Notes under the pieces: model-generated
What the model was told of the DNA's origin: nothing
Seen by the model: the letters and a program-made list of their open reading frames with translations, nothing else
The model's database searches: none
Translations under genes and position numbers: made by a program
Shown here: one piece after another, positions 26,684-36,402 of the stretch
Position numbering within the stretch: the stretch's first letter is position 1
How the letters are laid out: every line of letters begins with the position of its first letter
DNA from: an uncultured Bifidobacteriaceae bacterium
GTDB lineage: Bacteria; Acidobacteriota; Vicinamibacteria; Vicinamibacterales; UBA2999
Length of the DNA stretch: 64,000 nt
Direction: 5' to 3'
Assembly: GCA_964543955.1 (NCBI GenBank)
Contig: CAZJBN010000003.1
Location: 18,391-82,390, forward strand

Positions 26684-27997
26684 TCACTCGGCCTCGGTGT
26701 CCGGCGCCAGCCGCTCCCGCACCAGGCGGATGTGTTGTCGCAGGCCGTAGATCAAGGCGGCGAAGTCCTCGGAGACTCGAAGGTGGCTGACGCGTTTCTC
26801 GAGATCGTCCAGCTCCTGGACGAATTGCGATGCCGTCGTGCGTGACCGGGGATCCTCCAGTTCCAGCTCCAACAGCTTCAATTCGCCGTAGAACATTGCA
26901 ACGCGGCGTTGGACGATCCACGTGCGCACGGTCGGCAGCCCGCGGGCGAGCGGCAGGAGAAGGCCGATGAATGGGAGGAGCGCGAGGGCCAATCGCTCGA
27001 CGAGCACCGCCAGCCAGAACGGCAGGTGACGCTGGAGAAACGGCGGTCCCCGTCTGTGGAAGAGCACCGCTTCGTCCGATAGCGGCAGGTCGATGGATTC
27101 GAGCGCGGGGAACTCCGAGGCGCCGTTGAAGATGCCCGGTGCCGAATGGACCTCGGTGGCAGCTTCCAGCAGCAGGAACTGGAGCGCGGGATGGAGGTCG
27201 CGCCGGACCACCAGGCTGGCTTCTGACCCCACGAGCACCACGTCGTTCGGCGGGATGCCGCGAGCCAGATCGGCCACGCCGGCAGGGAGGATGCGCCTGG
27301 TCAGGGTCGGCACGAGGGCGACGAGGGCGTCCGCGCGCGGAAAGCCGGCGACGCGGATGCCTGGCGAGCCGAGCAGGGCCTGCACGACTGGTGAGCTCCA
27401 CGACATCAGGAACGCCGCCGCGTCGATGTCGCCGCGCGCGAGCCGACCGGCAGCCTCTTCCGGCGCATACGGCTGCAGTTCAACCGCCGTCTCGTCGATG
27501 CCGCCCAGCGCGAGGAGCCGCAGCGACAGCAAGCGCGTGGCGCTCCCCTCCGGGCCGATCGACAGGCGCTTGCCGCCGAGGTCGGTGAACGTTCCAACCG
27601 GAGTCTCGACTCGATGGAACAGCCACAGCGGTTCGTAGAAGACGGTCCCGAGCGATACGACGTCGGGCGATTCGTCCGGCGTTGTCGTGCCGGCCTGCGC
27701 GAACCCGGCAGTGACACCGGACGCCGGGTCCCGCAGGCGTGCGACGGTGTCCAACGCCCCGACCGTGGGCTCCAGGATGAGGGTCACGCCCGATCGAGCC
27801 AGGATTTGCCGGTAGCGCTCCCCGTACTCGGCATGAGCGCTGCCCGCGGGCCCGGTCGCCATTCGCATCACGCGCGGCGGCGCGGGCCTCCAGGCCCCCA
27901 TCAGCCACCAGGCGGCCCCCGTGGCCACGGCCAGGAGCAGAAGTGGCGCCGACAACGTGCCGAGGCGCAGAAAACGGATTCGATCGCGTGGGGGCAT
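26684..27997 (-). CDS. TAXI-family (TRAP-associated) solute-binding-like protein with a C-terminal membrane/coiled-coil region
   Basis: N-terminal anchor followed by a periplasmic-binding-protein-like domain (MATGPAGSAHAEYGERY...LGTVFYEPLWLF). C-terminal TM helices (LPFWLAVLVERLALALLPFIGLLLPL). Confidence 0.55.
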   Translation of the reverse strand: MPPRDRIRFLRLGTLSAPLLLLAVATGAAWWLMGAWRPAPPRVMRMATGPAGSAHAEYGERYRQILARSGVTLILEPTVGALDTVARLRDPASGVTAGFAQAGTTTPDESPDVVSLGTVFYEPLWLFHRVETPVGTFTDLGGKRLSIGPEGSATRLLSLRLLALGGIDETAVELQPYAPEEAAGRLARGDIDAAAFLMSWSSPVVQALLGSPGIRVAGFPRADALVALVPTLTRRILPAGVADLARGIPPNDVVLVGSEASLVVRRDLHPALQFLLLEAATEVHSAPGIFNGASEFPALESIDLPLSDEAVLFHRRGPPFLQRHLPFWLAVLVERLALALLPFIGLLLPLARGLPTVRTWIVQRRVAMFYGELKLLELELEDPRSRTTASQFVQELDDLEKRVSHLRVSEDFAALIYGLRQHIRLVRERLAPDTEAE

Positions 27998-28202
27998 CTT
28001 CGTCAGACCGCTGCAGAGCCGCGTGCCGCCGTGTTGCGGCGACGCGCAGTCGTCCCGGCGTTGATGCCCTGCAGGGGTTCATCGGCGCGCCGGACCGCCT
28101 CGCACCGGTGGCGCGGAGTCTATCACTCCAGGCAAACGCTGCGGGAAGGGCCGCTGCGCGTTTGTGCTCCGCGCGTTTGAGCGGCATAATCGGCACGGGT
28201 TC

Positions 28203-31200
28203 ATGAATCCCGTCGAAGACCCGCCTGGCGTTTGTCCGGCATGCACGGCCCCGGTGTCGGCCTCCGACACGGTCTGTCAAGGCTGTGGCGCGCCCCTGAA
28301 CACGACGAATCGGATCGATGCGCCGCCGACCGCCGCCGCCGCGACGCGCCTCACGCCCGTCGACCGCCCGGCCGCGCTTCCCGGCGCCGGCCCGTCAAGT
28401 GCCAGGCCGCCCGCGAGCGAGCCCGGAACCGCGACCGACCGCTCCGCGAGGGCTGGTCCCACCGTGGCCACGCCGCCTCCCGGCCTGGACGGGGCGACGG
28501 TGTGGACGGCGCCAACGAACGCAGTCGATCGACTGCAGGCTGGCCAGGCCTTCGGCACCCGGTATCACATCATCAAACTGCTCGGCATCGGAGGCATGGG
28601 CGCCGTCTACCAGGCCTGGGACGACGAGCTGGGCGTGGCCGTGGCCATCAAGACCATCCGCCCCGGTGCAGGCGCCGACCCGACGACCGCGCACGACGCG
28701 GAACGCCGCTTCAAACGTGAACTCGTGCTCGCCCGCCAGATCACGCACCCGAACGTCGTCCGCATCCACGACCTTGGAGAGATCGGCGGAATCAAGTACA
28801 TCACGATGCCGTTCGTCGACGGGTCGACGCTGGCCGAGGTCATGGCCCGCGAGGGACGTTTGCCTGTCTCGCGCGCACTCGGCATCTTCCGCCAGGTCGC
28901 CTCCGGCATGCGGGCCGCGCACGAGAAAGACGTGGTCCACCGCGACCTCAAGCCGGCCAACATCATGCTCGAGGATGGGGCCGCCTACGTGATGGACTTC
29001 GGCATTGCCCGGCAGGTCGAAGGCGGCGCCACCATGACCGGCGCGGGCGCCGTTGTCGGGACGCTCGACTACATGGCGCCCGAACAGGCCGAAGGCCGGA
29101 AGGTCGATCAGCGTGCCGACATCTACGCGCTCGGCCTCATCCTCCAGGACATGCTCGCCGGCCGTGCCGCGCGGCCGAAGACCGACAACCCGCTGAGCGA
29201 CCTGATGCGGCGCCTGTCGACGCCGCCGCCGCCGGTGCGTTCGATGGCGCCCGAAGTGCCGGAGCCGGTGGAGCGGGTCATCACGCGCTGCCTGCAGGTC
29301 GATCCGGACCACCGGTTCCAGACGAGTGCGGAGCTGCTGGCGGCGCTCGACGAGCTCGACGAGAGCGGGAACCTCAAACCCGCGACCGGATCGTCGCCGA
29401 GCGTGATGGCCGCGCCGCCCGCACGGTCCCACGTCGCCACGTGGGTGATGCGCGGCGCCGTCGCACTGGTCGTCGTCGGTGTTGCGGCGGGCACGTGGTT
29501 TGCCGCCAGGCGGACGGCGGCCCCGGCGGTCCCGGTCCAACACGCGCCGGTCTCGGTGCTCATTGCCGACTTCGAGAACGGCCTGGGCGATGCCACGTTC
29601 GACCACACCCTCGAGCCGGTACTCAAGCTGGCGCTCGAGGGCGCGGACTTCGTCAGCGCGTACGATCGTCTCGGCGTCGCGCGCAGCCTTGGCGTGCGAC
29701 CTCCCGACGTGCTGGACGAGCGGACCGCACTCGAGATTGCCGCCAAGCAGGGCGTCAGCGTGGTCCTGTCAGGCTCGCTCGACCCGCAGGGGAGCGGCTA
29801 CACCGTGTCGGCCAGGGCGACGCGCGCGGTCACCGGCGACGTGATCACGTCAGCCACCGAGACGGCGGCGTCGAGGGATCAGATTCTCGGCGCGGTCACG
29901 AAGCTCGCGACGACAATCCGCCAGGCGCTTGGTGACGACACGTCGGATTCGGCCCAGCGGTTTGCCATGGACACGCTGTCGGCGACCTCGATCGAGGTCG
30001 TCCGCGACTATGCCGCGGCCATGGACGCCCTTTCGCGGAGCCGGTTCGACGAGGCGCGGCAGGGGTTCGAGCGGGCCGTGACGCGCGACCCCACGTTCGG
30101 ACTCGCCTACGCGGGCATGGCCATCGCCTCACGGAATCTCGACGACCAGCAGGACGCCGAGAAATATGTGAAGGAGGCCGTGCGTCATCTCGACGGGATG
30201 ACCGAGCGCGAACGCTATCGCACACGCGGGCTCTTCTACTACCTCACGAGCGACTACCAGGCGTGCGTCAGGGAATACGGCGACCTCATCACGCGCTTCT
30301 CGGGCGATGCGGCCGCACGCAACAACCTCGCGCTCTGCCTGACCTACCTGCGCGAGCTCCCGCGCGCCGTGGACGAGATGCGTCAGGTCGTCAGGATTCT
30401 CCCCAATCGCGCGCTCTATCGCGAGAACCTCGCCACCTATGCCGCATACAGTGGTGACTTCGGCGCGGCCGAACAGGAAGTGCGCGCCATGCCCGAGCCC
30501 GGGCCCTTCGGGCTGCTGGCGCTGGCGTTCGCGCAGCTGGGGCAGGGACGGACCGCCGAGGCGGCCGAAACCTACCGCGCGCTCGAAAAAGACGATGATC
30601 TCGGCGCCTCGTACGGCGCGTCGGGACTGGGCGATCTGGCGATGTACGAAGGCCGGCTGGCCGACGCCGTTCGCATATTCGAAGCGGGAGTCGACGCGGA
30701 TCTGGCAGCCGGGGAAACCGATCGTGCGGCCAGCAAGCTCCTCTCGCTTGCACAGGTTCACGCATGGCGGAACGACCCTGGTGCGGCCATTTCTGCCGCC
30801 GACCGGGCACTCTCCTACAGCCAGTCGGCAAAGGTTCGCCTGATGGCGGCGCGCGTGTTCGTGGAGACCGGTGCCCTGGCCAGGGCGCAGGCGCTCTCGG
30901 GCGCGCTGGCTGCGGAGTTGACGGCCGAGCCTCGGGCGTACGCGCGTATGGTCGAAGGTCTGGTCGCGTTGAAGCAGGGCGATCCGCGCCAGGCCGTCCG
31001 CTTGATTGGCGAAGCCAACGGCCTGCTGGACACGTGGATCGGGCACTTCGAACTGGGTCGGGCCTATCTCGAGCTCGGCGCGTTCACGCAAGCCGACTCC
31101 GAGTTCGACCGCTGCCTCAAGCGACGCGGCGAGGCGCTGGCGCTCTTCCTGGACGAGGAACCAACCTACGGGCGGTTTCCAGCGGTCTACTACTATCAGG

Positions 31201-31325
31201 GCCGCGCGCGCGAGGGGCTGAACAGCACGGGGTTTGCCGACTCGTACCGTGCCTATCTCGACATCCGCGGGAAGTCGTCCGACGATCCGCTGGTTCCCGA
31301 CGCCCTGACCCGTACCGCGAAGTGA
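28203..31325 (+). CDS. Ser/Thr protein kinase with N-terminal zinc-ribbon, one TM helix, an extracytoplasmic domain and C-terminal TPR repeats
   Basis: CPACTAPVSASDTVCQGCG, then kinase motifs GIGGMGAVY, AIK, HRDLKPANIM, DFGIAR and GTLDYMAPE. TM helix VALVVVGVAAGTWFAA. Multiple TPR-like A/Y/L repeats run to the C-terminus. Confidence 0.9.
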   Translation: MNPVEDPPGVCPACTAPVSASDTVCQGCGAPLNTTNRIDAPPTAAAATRLTPVDRPAALPGAGPSSARPPASEPGTATDRSARAGPTVATPPPGLDGATVWTAPTNAVDRLQAGQAFGTRYHIIKLLGIGGMGAVYQAWDDELGVAVAIKTIRPGAGADPTTAHDAERRFKRELVLARQITHPNVVRIHDLGEIGGIKYITMPFVDGSTLAEVMAREGRLPVSRALGIFRQVASGMRAAHEKDVVHRDLKPANIMLEDGAAYVMDFGIARQVEGGATMTGAGAVVGTLDYMAPEQAEGRKVDQRADIYALGLILQDMLAGRAARPKTDNPLSDLMRRLSTPPPPVRSMAPEVPEPVERVITRCLQVDPDHRFQTSAELLAALDELDESGNLKPATGSSPSVMAAPPARSHVATWVMRGAVALVVVGVAAGTWFAARRTAAPAVPVQHAPVSVLIADFENGLGDATFDHTLEPVLKLALEGADFVSAYDRLGVARSLGVRPPDVLDERTALEIAAKQGVSVVLSGSLDPQGSGYTVSARATRAVTGDVITSATETAASRDQILGAVTKLATTIRQALGDDTSDSAQRFAMDTLSATSIEVVRDYAAAMDALSRSRFDEARQGFERAVTRDPTFGLAYAGMAIASRNLDDQQDAEKYVKEAVRHLDGMTERERYRTRGLFYYLTSDYQACVREYGDLITRFSGDAAARNNLALCLTYLRELPRAVDEMRQVVRILPNRALYRENLATYAAYSGDFGAAEQEVRAMPEPGPFGLLALAFAQLGQGRTAEAAETYRALEKDDDLGASYGASGLGDLAMYEGRLADAVRIFEAGVDADLAAGETDRAASKLLSLAQVHAWRNDPGAAISAADRALSYSQSAKVRLMAARVFVETGALARAQALSGALAAELTAEPRAYARMVEGLVALKQGDPRQAVRLIGEANGLLDTWIGHFELGRAYLELGAFTQADSEFDRCLKRRGEALALFLDEEPTYGRFPAVYYYQGRAREGLNSTGFADSYRAYLDIRGKSSDDPLVPDALTRTAK

Positions 31326-31365
31326 GGCAAGAGGGCGACGCCCTTCCTGCCCCAACTCCTGTCGA

Positions 31366-34300
31366 CTACTTCACCAGAAGCTCGAAGGTCGGGCTTGGCT
31401 CGAACCCCGGTGTGGTCGGTGTGATCGTCACTTTGTACAGCCCGGCCGGCAGCTTCCGGCCGCGCTCGTCGGTCATCTTCAGGTTGAACGACCACGTCTT
31501 CTGCGGCGCCGAGTACTTGAACGGGCTCTTGTTCCCTCCGGTATCCGCAATCGTCCACGTCGGTCCGGCCGGAAGCGGTCCGCTGATGGTCACGACGTGA
31601 ACGACGCTCTTGCTCTCGACGAGCTTCGATCCGTTCGTGAATCCCCACGTCATCGGGACCACGCTACCGCCCTCGATCCTGGTGCCGGACGGCGGCGGGG
31701 CATTCTTCACGTTCTTGAAGGCGAACCCGCCCTTCACCGTGAGGACGAAGGTGTCGCTGACCGTCAGGCCGCCTCCGTCGACGACCGTCACCGTAATCGT
31801 GGTGGTTCCGGTCTGATTGGCTGCCGGCGTGACCGTGGCAGTGCGGTTCGGCCCGCTGCCGCCAAAGACGATGTTCGCGTCGGGGACGAGCGCCGTGTTG
31901 CTCGACGTTCCCACCAGGATGACACCCGACAGGTCGTCGTCTCCGATGACGAACGCCACGGGCCCGGTCGACGTGTTCACGTCAATGGCCTGGTTCGGGA
32001 TGTTGGAGATCGAGGGCGCGTCGTTCACGGCGACCACCGTGAGGGTGACGGTCGCCACCAGGCTCTCGGCGGCCCCGTCCCGCACGCGATAGGTGAACGA
32101 GTCCGCGCCGTTGTAGTTGGCCGCCGGCGTGTAGACGAACGAGCCGTCGGCGTTGAACGCGAGCGTGCCGTGCGACGGACCGCTGACGAGCACGGCCTCC
32201 ATCGTGCTGCCGCCGTCCTCGTCGGTATCGTTGGCGAGCACGCCCGGCGCCGGCACGTCGAGCGCCGTGTCCTCGTCGGTCGAGTAGCTGTCATCCACCG
32301 CGACGGGCGGATCGTTCACGGCGACGATGGTGACGATGTTGGAGGGATCGCTGAGGGTCCCGTCGGTGTAGGTCGCCCGGGCGAAGTAGGTATAGGACTG
32401 GCCGTTCGCGAGCGCCGACTGGTCGATCAGGGCGTAGTCCACCTGGCCCGGGATCGCGGCCAGGTGTCCGACGACCACGGCAAGCGCCATCGATTCGGGC
32501 GTGAGCTCGGCCCCGGCGACGCGCAGAACCTCGTATTGGGCGATGGCACCCACGGTGGGTGAGGTCCAGTCGAGGCGGATCTTGTGCAGCGGGACTTCGC
32601 CTTCAGGGCAGTCCTCGCCGATCACGCACGCCCTGAACTCGTTTGGCGGCGTCTTGGCCAGGCTGACGGCTGTCTCGAAGTCCAGCTCTCCGCCCGGCTC
32701 GCCCGGTCCGCCCACGAACAGGTCGCCGCCGCCGAGGTCGCCGCGTCCCAGGTCGCCGCGTCCCAGGACCGTACCCAGGTCGCCGCGGCCGAGATCGCCC
32801 CGCCCGAGGTCGCCGCGTCCGAGATCACCGCGTCCGAGGTCGCCGCGTCCCAGGTCGCCGCGCCCGAGGTCTCCGCGTCCCAGATCGCCGCGCCCGGCAT
32901 CGAGCGACAGCGGACCGACGGCGTAGCGTCCGCTCGCGTCCACGAACAAGCCGCCCGCACTCCTCCTGCCGCCCGTCTGGTTGAGGACGATGCGCGCCCA
33001 GTCGTCGCTGCCGGCCAGCACCTCGGGTGCCAGGTCGGGCGTGAGGGTGCGTCCGTTGAAGTTGACGTCCTGCGTGAACGGCGTGGTCTCGGGCGTGCCG
33101 TCGGCCTTCCAGTCGATCGCGCCGGCTGCCGTTCGGGCGTCGATGCGGACCATGGCCGGATCGGTCGGCAGAAGCGGCGACCCGTCGCAGTGCTTGGTCA
33201 CGGGACTGCCGAGCGTTCCGAGGTAGCTCGGGACGAGCGGTGCGTAGTACCCGATGCGATACGGAAGCAGGCTCAGCGAGCCGTCGAAGAGCGCCGTCTC
33301 GTCGATGGCGATCCCGGTGAAGTCGTTGCGCGAGAAGTCCAGGTGCGGCGTGCCTCGATCGTCCAGCAGTCCACGCAGCTGGTACAGGTAGTTCATCACG
33401 CTCAGGTAGAGCGGCTTGCAGTTCGGCTCCAGGGCGTCGCCCCCGTGCCGGCGCTCGAAGCCGTGGCCGAGCTCGTGCATCATCGTCGAGGCCTGCATGA
33501 ACGGCGTGCCGACCGGCAGTCCGTCGGCATCGTCGAACGCGCCGAGCGAGACGATGAAGTCGCCGCCCGGGAAGTCGCCGACGCCCGTGTTGGTGCGGGG
33601 GACGTTGAAGTCGGGATGGCCCGCGACGTCAGACTTCGGCAGGCCGATCGCGTGCGTGAAGAGCGCGTAGCGGAACATGTCCTTGCGCTGGGGATCGAAG
33701 CGGCGAACGCACGCGGCGCCGGGAGCGTCGCAGGGGTCGTCGCCGTTGGGCAGGAGCGGCGGGCCGCTCAGCACTGCATCACGGAGGAACTGGAAGCCGG
33801 TCTTCCACCCGACCGTCCCGGGGAAGCCCGAGAACTGACACACGTCCGGAGGATCCCCGGCGCCGGGTGTGCAGACCGTGCTCAGCTCGTTGATCGCCTC
33901 GCCTCCGCGCGCGAGCCCGGCGCCTCGAATGATGTACTGGTCGGCTTCTCCCGGCGGATAGCTGTCTCCGAGGTCGAAGTGCACGTTGATGCGACCCGTG
34001 GGCGCGTTGGCAAACGCGTCGCCAACGCGCGCGAGCGCCGCGTGAGACGGCAGGTGAGAGTGCGCGGGCTTCTGGACGCCGCCGTACGCCTGGGCACCGT
34101 CCGTGAACATGTAGTTGATTTCGACGAAGAGGTCCTTCTGCCCCGGATCCGAGCCCATCGCCCGGAGATTCGGCAGCGGCCGGCCGAGCGGATCCAGAAT
34201 CGGGGCCGTGGACGATTCCCAGATGTCGAGCAGGCCGTCTCCGTCCGAGTCCTGCACTTCGGTGCTGAACACCAGGGCGCTGACGGAGACGCAGTCCGAG

Positions 34301-35196
34301 AGGAGGCCGTTCGCCGTGATTTGCACGACGGCCGAGGAGGAGCCCGGGGCGACGGGAACGTTCTCGAAGGTGGCATTGTCCCACTTGGGACCGGCCGATC
34401 CGACGAACGGGTTGGTGGCGATCAACTGGTTGTTGACGCGCACGCGCTCCGAGAGGAACGGACGGCCATCGCCCACGAGCGCGGTGAGCCGGGCGGCCGG
34501 CTGTGACGACGCCTGGTAGAAGCCGGCGATCGGAAGCGTCACCGACCCGAACGCGTTCTTCGTGACGGCGCCGTCGCGGATGACGATGCCCCTGAGCGGC
34601 TCGGTCGAATCGCTGTAGACGACGACGAGGCTCGCGCCGACCGCGCGTGGGCCCGCATGACCGCCCTTCTCGATGTCGCCCTCGTCCGAATCGGGAAACG
34701 CGACGCCGACGTCTGGCACTTCGACCTGATGCACGCCGTTGGCGTTCGTCTTGCCGTCTTCACCAATCGGCAGGAAGCGCAGCACGTCGGCACGATAGGT
34801 GACCAGCCGGCGGCCGCCGCCCCAGTTGACGCTCCAGCACGGCCGCGTGGCGGCATCCCAGGTGAGCGCCTTGGCCACCGACGTCGCGCCCGGACCAAGG
34901 TCGGCGCCGCCAAAGGTCGCGCGATCGATGCCTGACCACTGCACGAGCTCCGCCGTTTGCACGTAGAGGTACGCCGCCACGATGTCGGCACCAGGCGGCA
35001 CGCCGCTGATCTCGATCAGCTCCCGTGCCTTGCCCCCGACGCCCTTCCGCCACAGGCTCGTGCCGCCCACGACGTAATCGCCCGTGACGAAGTAGTTCTT
35101 GAAGTGGTCGAGGGGCGGGGCGTCCGCACCGACAGGCGCCGCCCCGGGTTGGAGCAGCATGGCTCCGATGACCGCTGTCAGCAGTGCTCTCTTCAT
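31366..35196 (-). CDS. Giant secreted multidomain protein: metzincin-like zinc protease motif, tandem GRGDL array, FN3-like and cadherin/VCBS-like Ig domains
   Basis: Signal peptide MKRALLTAVIGAMLLQPGAAPVGA. Also DSDGDGLLDIWES (Ca-binding-like), HELGHGFERRH (HExxHxxxxxH), 10x GRGDL plus GGGDL, and VNDPPVAVDDSYSTDEDTALDV / VNDAPSISN modules. Confidence 0.85.
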   Translation of the reverse strand: MKRALLTAVIGAMLLQPGAAPVGADAPPLDHFKNYFVTGDYVVGGTSLWRKGVGGKARELIEISGVPPGADIVAAYLYVQTAELVQWSGIDRATFGGADLGPGATSVAKALTWDAATRPCWSVNWGGGRRLVTYRADVLRFLPIGEDGKTNANGVHQVEVPDVGVAFPDSDEGDIEKGGHAGPRAVGASLVVVYSDSTEPLRGIVIRDGAVTKNAFGSVTLPIAGFYQASSQPAARLTALVGDGRPFLSERVRVNNQLIATNPFVGSAGPKWDNATFENVPVAPGSSSAVVQITANGLLSDCVSVSALVFSTEVQDSDGDGLLDIWESSTAPILDPLGRPLPNLRAMGSDPGQKDLFVEINYMFTDGAQAYGGVQKPAHSHLPSHAALARVGDAFANAPTGRINVHFDLGDSYPPGEADQYIIRGAGLARGGEAINELSTVCTPGAGDPPDVCQFSGFPGTVGWKTGFQFLRDAVLSGPPLLPNGDDPCDAPGAACVRRFDPQRKDMFRYALFTHAIGLPKSDVAGHPDFNVPRTNTGVGDFPGGDFIVSLGAFDDADGLPVGTPFMQASTMMHELGHGFERRHGGDALEPNCKPLYLSVMNYLYQLRGLLDDRGTPHLDFSRNDFTGIAIDETALFDGSLSLLPYRIGYYAPLVPSYLGTLGSPVTKHCDGSPLLPTDPAMVRIDARTAAGAIDWKADGTPETTPFTQDVNFNGRTLTPDLAPEVLAGSDDWARIVLNQTGGRRSAGGLFVDASGRYAVGPLSLDAGRGDLGRGDLGRGDLGRGDLGRGDLGRGDLGRGDLGRGDLGTVLGRGDLGRGDLGGGDLFVGGPGEPGGELDFETAVSLAKTPPNEFRACVIGEDCPEGEVPLHKIRLDWTSPTVGAIAQYEVLRVAGAELTPESMALAVVVGHLAAIPGQVDYALIDQSALANGQSYTYFARATYTDGTLSDPSNIVTIVAVNDPPVAVDDSYSTDEDTALDVPAPGVLANDTDEDGGSTMEAVLVSGPSHGTLAFNADGSFVYTPAANYNGADSFTYRVRDGAAESLVATVTLTVVAVNDAPSISNIPNQAIDVNTSTGPVAFVIGDDDLSGVILVGTSSNTALVPDANIVFGGSGPNRTATVTPAANQTGTTTITVTVVDGGGLTVSDTFVLTVKGGFAFKNVKNAPPPSGTRIEGGSVVPMTWGFTNGSKLVESKSVVHVVTISGPLPAGPTWTIADTGGNKSPFKYSAPQKTWSFNLKMTDERGRKLPAGLYKVTITPTTPGFEPSPTFELLVK
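32719..32895 (-). repeat. In-frame 15-bp tandem repeat encoding (GRGDL)x8-GTVL-(GRGDL)x2-GGGDL
   Basis: Codon-by-codon reading. The units differ almost only at synonymous positions: L=CTG/CTC, D=GAC/GAT, G=GGC/GGT/GGA/GGG, R=CGC/CGG. Confidence 0.95.
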
Positions 35197-35393
35197 CGAG
35201 CGCCTCGATATGTTCCGGATTGCAGAGCGTGACTTGGGGCCCGCAGTCGGCCCCGCCCCGGTGAACTATGGATCACGAACCGTGTTCGCGGGTAGAGGCA
35301 AATTGCAGGCGAGCGCGGATTGCCGGCGATCTCGTACGGAAAGTCTGCCCTCTGGTGGACTTGTCGGGAGCGCGCCCGGGACAGCCCCGAGGC

Positions 35394-36257
35394 CTATCGG
35401 CCCGTGCGCCGCGCCAGGTCGCCCCAGAGGTCGCCGACCTGCTCCAGTCGCTCACGCATGTTGCGGAGGGTGAAGGATTGAGGCTGCACCGTGCCCGCTG
35501 CGATCTCCTCCCACGTGCACGGTGCCGACACCGGCGCACCGCGCCTGGCTCGGACCGTGTAGACGGCAGCAAAGGTGGCGCCCGCGCGGTTGCGCCCGGT
35601 GTCGACGTAGATCCGTCCACCGCGGTCGGCCTTGCTGAAGGCCTGCGTCGCTTCGTCCGGTCGTTGCGCCACCAGAAGGCCGGCGGCCCGATCGGCGAGC
35701 ACCGCCGAATCCTCGAACGTCGCGCCGGACGAGAGCGGCACGACGACGTGAAAGCCCTTCGAGCCAGACGTCTTGACCCAACTCCGATGGCCAAGCTCGT
35801 CGAGCACCCTCCGGAGCGACAGCATCGTGTGCCGGAGCGACTCGGGGTCGTCGCGCGACGGATCGAGGTCCAGCACGCAGATGTCCGGTCGATCGAGACG
35901 CGGCGTGCGCGATGGCCACACGTGGAGCGTGACGGTGTTCTGGTTGGCAAACCACTGCAGCGATCGTCGATCGTTGGCCAGGGCGTAGTGGACGGTCCCG
36001 CCCTTCTTCGGCGCCTCCACGCGCTTCAACCACTCAGGGAACCCCTTGACCACGTCCTTCTGGATGAAGCCCTGGAGTCCAATGCCGCCCGGGAAGCGCT
36101 CCATGGTCACGGGCCGCCGCCGCACGTGCGGCAGCATTGCCGGCGCCACCAGGCCGTAGTACGCCGCGAGATCGGCCTTCGTAATCCCGTCATCGGGGAA
36201 GAGAACCTTCTCGGGATGCGTCAGCACGGCCGTGCGGGCCGGTTGCCGGGATGCCAT
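35394..36257 (-). CDS. ligD: Stand-alone NHEJ polymerase/primase domain (LigD Pol domain)
   Basis: LTHPEKVLFPDDGITKADLAAYYGLVAPAMLPHVRRRPVTMERFPGGI, plus DLDP and SGSKGFHVVVPL motifs of the AEP primase-polymerase. The start is ATG 36257 or GTG 36272. Confidence 0.85.
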   Translation of the reverse strand: MASRQPARTAVLTHPEKVLFPDDGITKADLAAYYGLVAPAMLPHVRRRPVTMERFPGGIGLQGFIQKDVVKGFPEWLKRVEAPKKGGTVHYALANDRRSLQWFANQNTVTLHVWPSRTPRLDRPDICVLDLDPSRDDPESLRHTMLSLRRVLDELGHRSWVKTSGSKGFHVVVPLSSGATFEDSAVLADRAAGLLVAQRPDEATQAFSKADRGGRIYVDTGRNRAGATFAAVYTVRARRGAPVSAPCTWEEIAAGTVQPQSFTLRNMRERLEQVGDLWGDLARRTGR

Positions 36258-36402
36258 GCCGATACTTACCACAGCGTCGCCGGGCCTCGGCTCACCGCAG
36301 TCCGCCCCGGGCCCCCGTGCCGTTCACGACGTACTGTAATCGTCATGCCGTGACGCTACACTGCCTGAGACGGGAAGCTCATGAGCCGTCGTCTCACGGA
36401 GG

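Noticed and set aside
32719-32895. The 15-bp tandem repeat considered as a possible CRISPR or non-coding satellite.
   Set aside because: There are no spacers. The units are contiguous, in frame and conserved at the codon level inside a long ORF, and no cas genes are present.
32584-34506. A 640-aa plus-strand ORF antisense to the giant secreted protein.
   Set aside because: The minus-strand frame carries the signal peptide, the HExxH motif, the repeat array and the Ig-like modules. The plus-strand product has no features.
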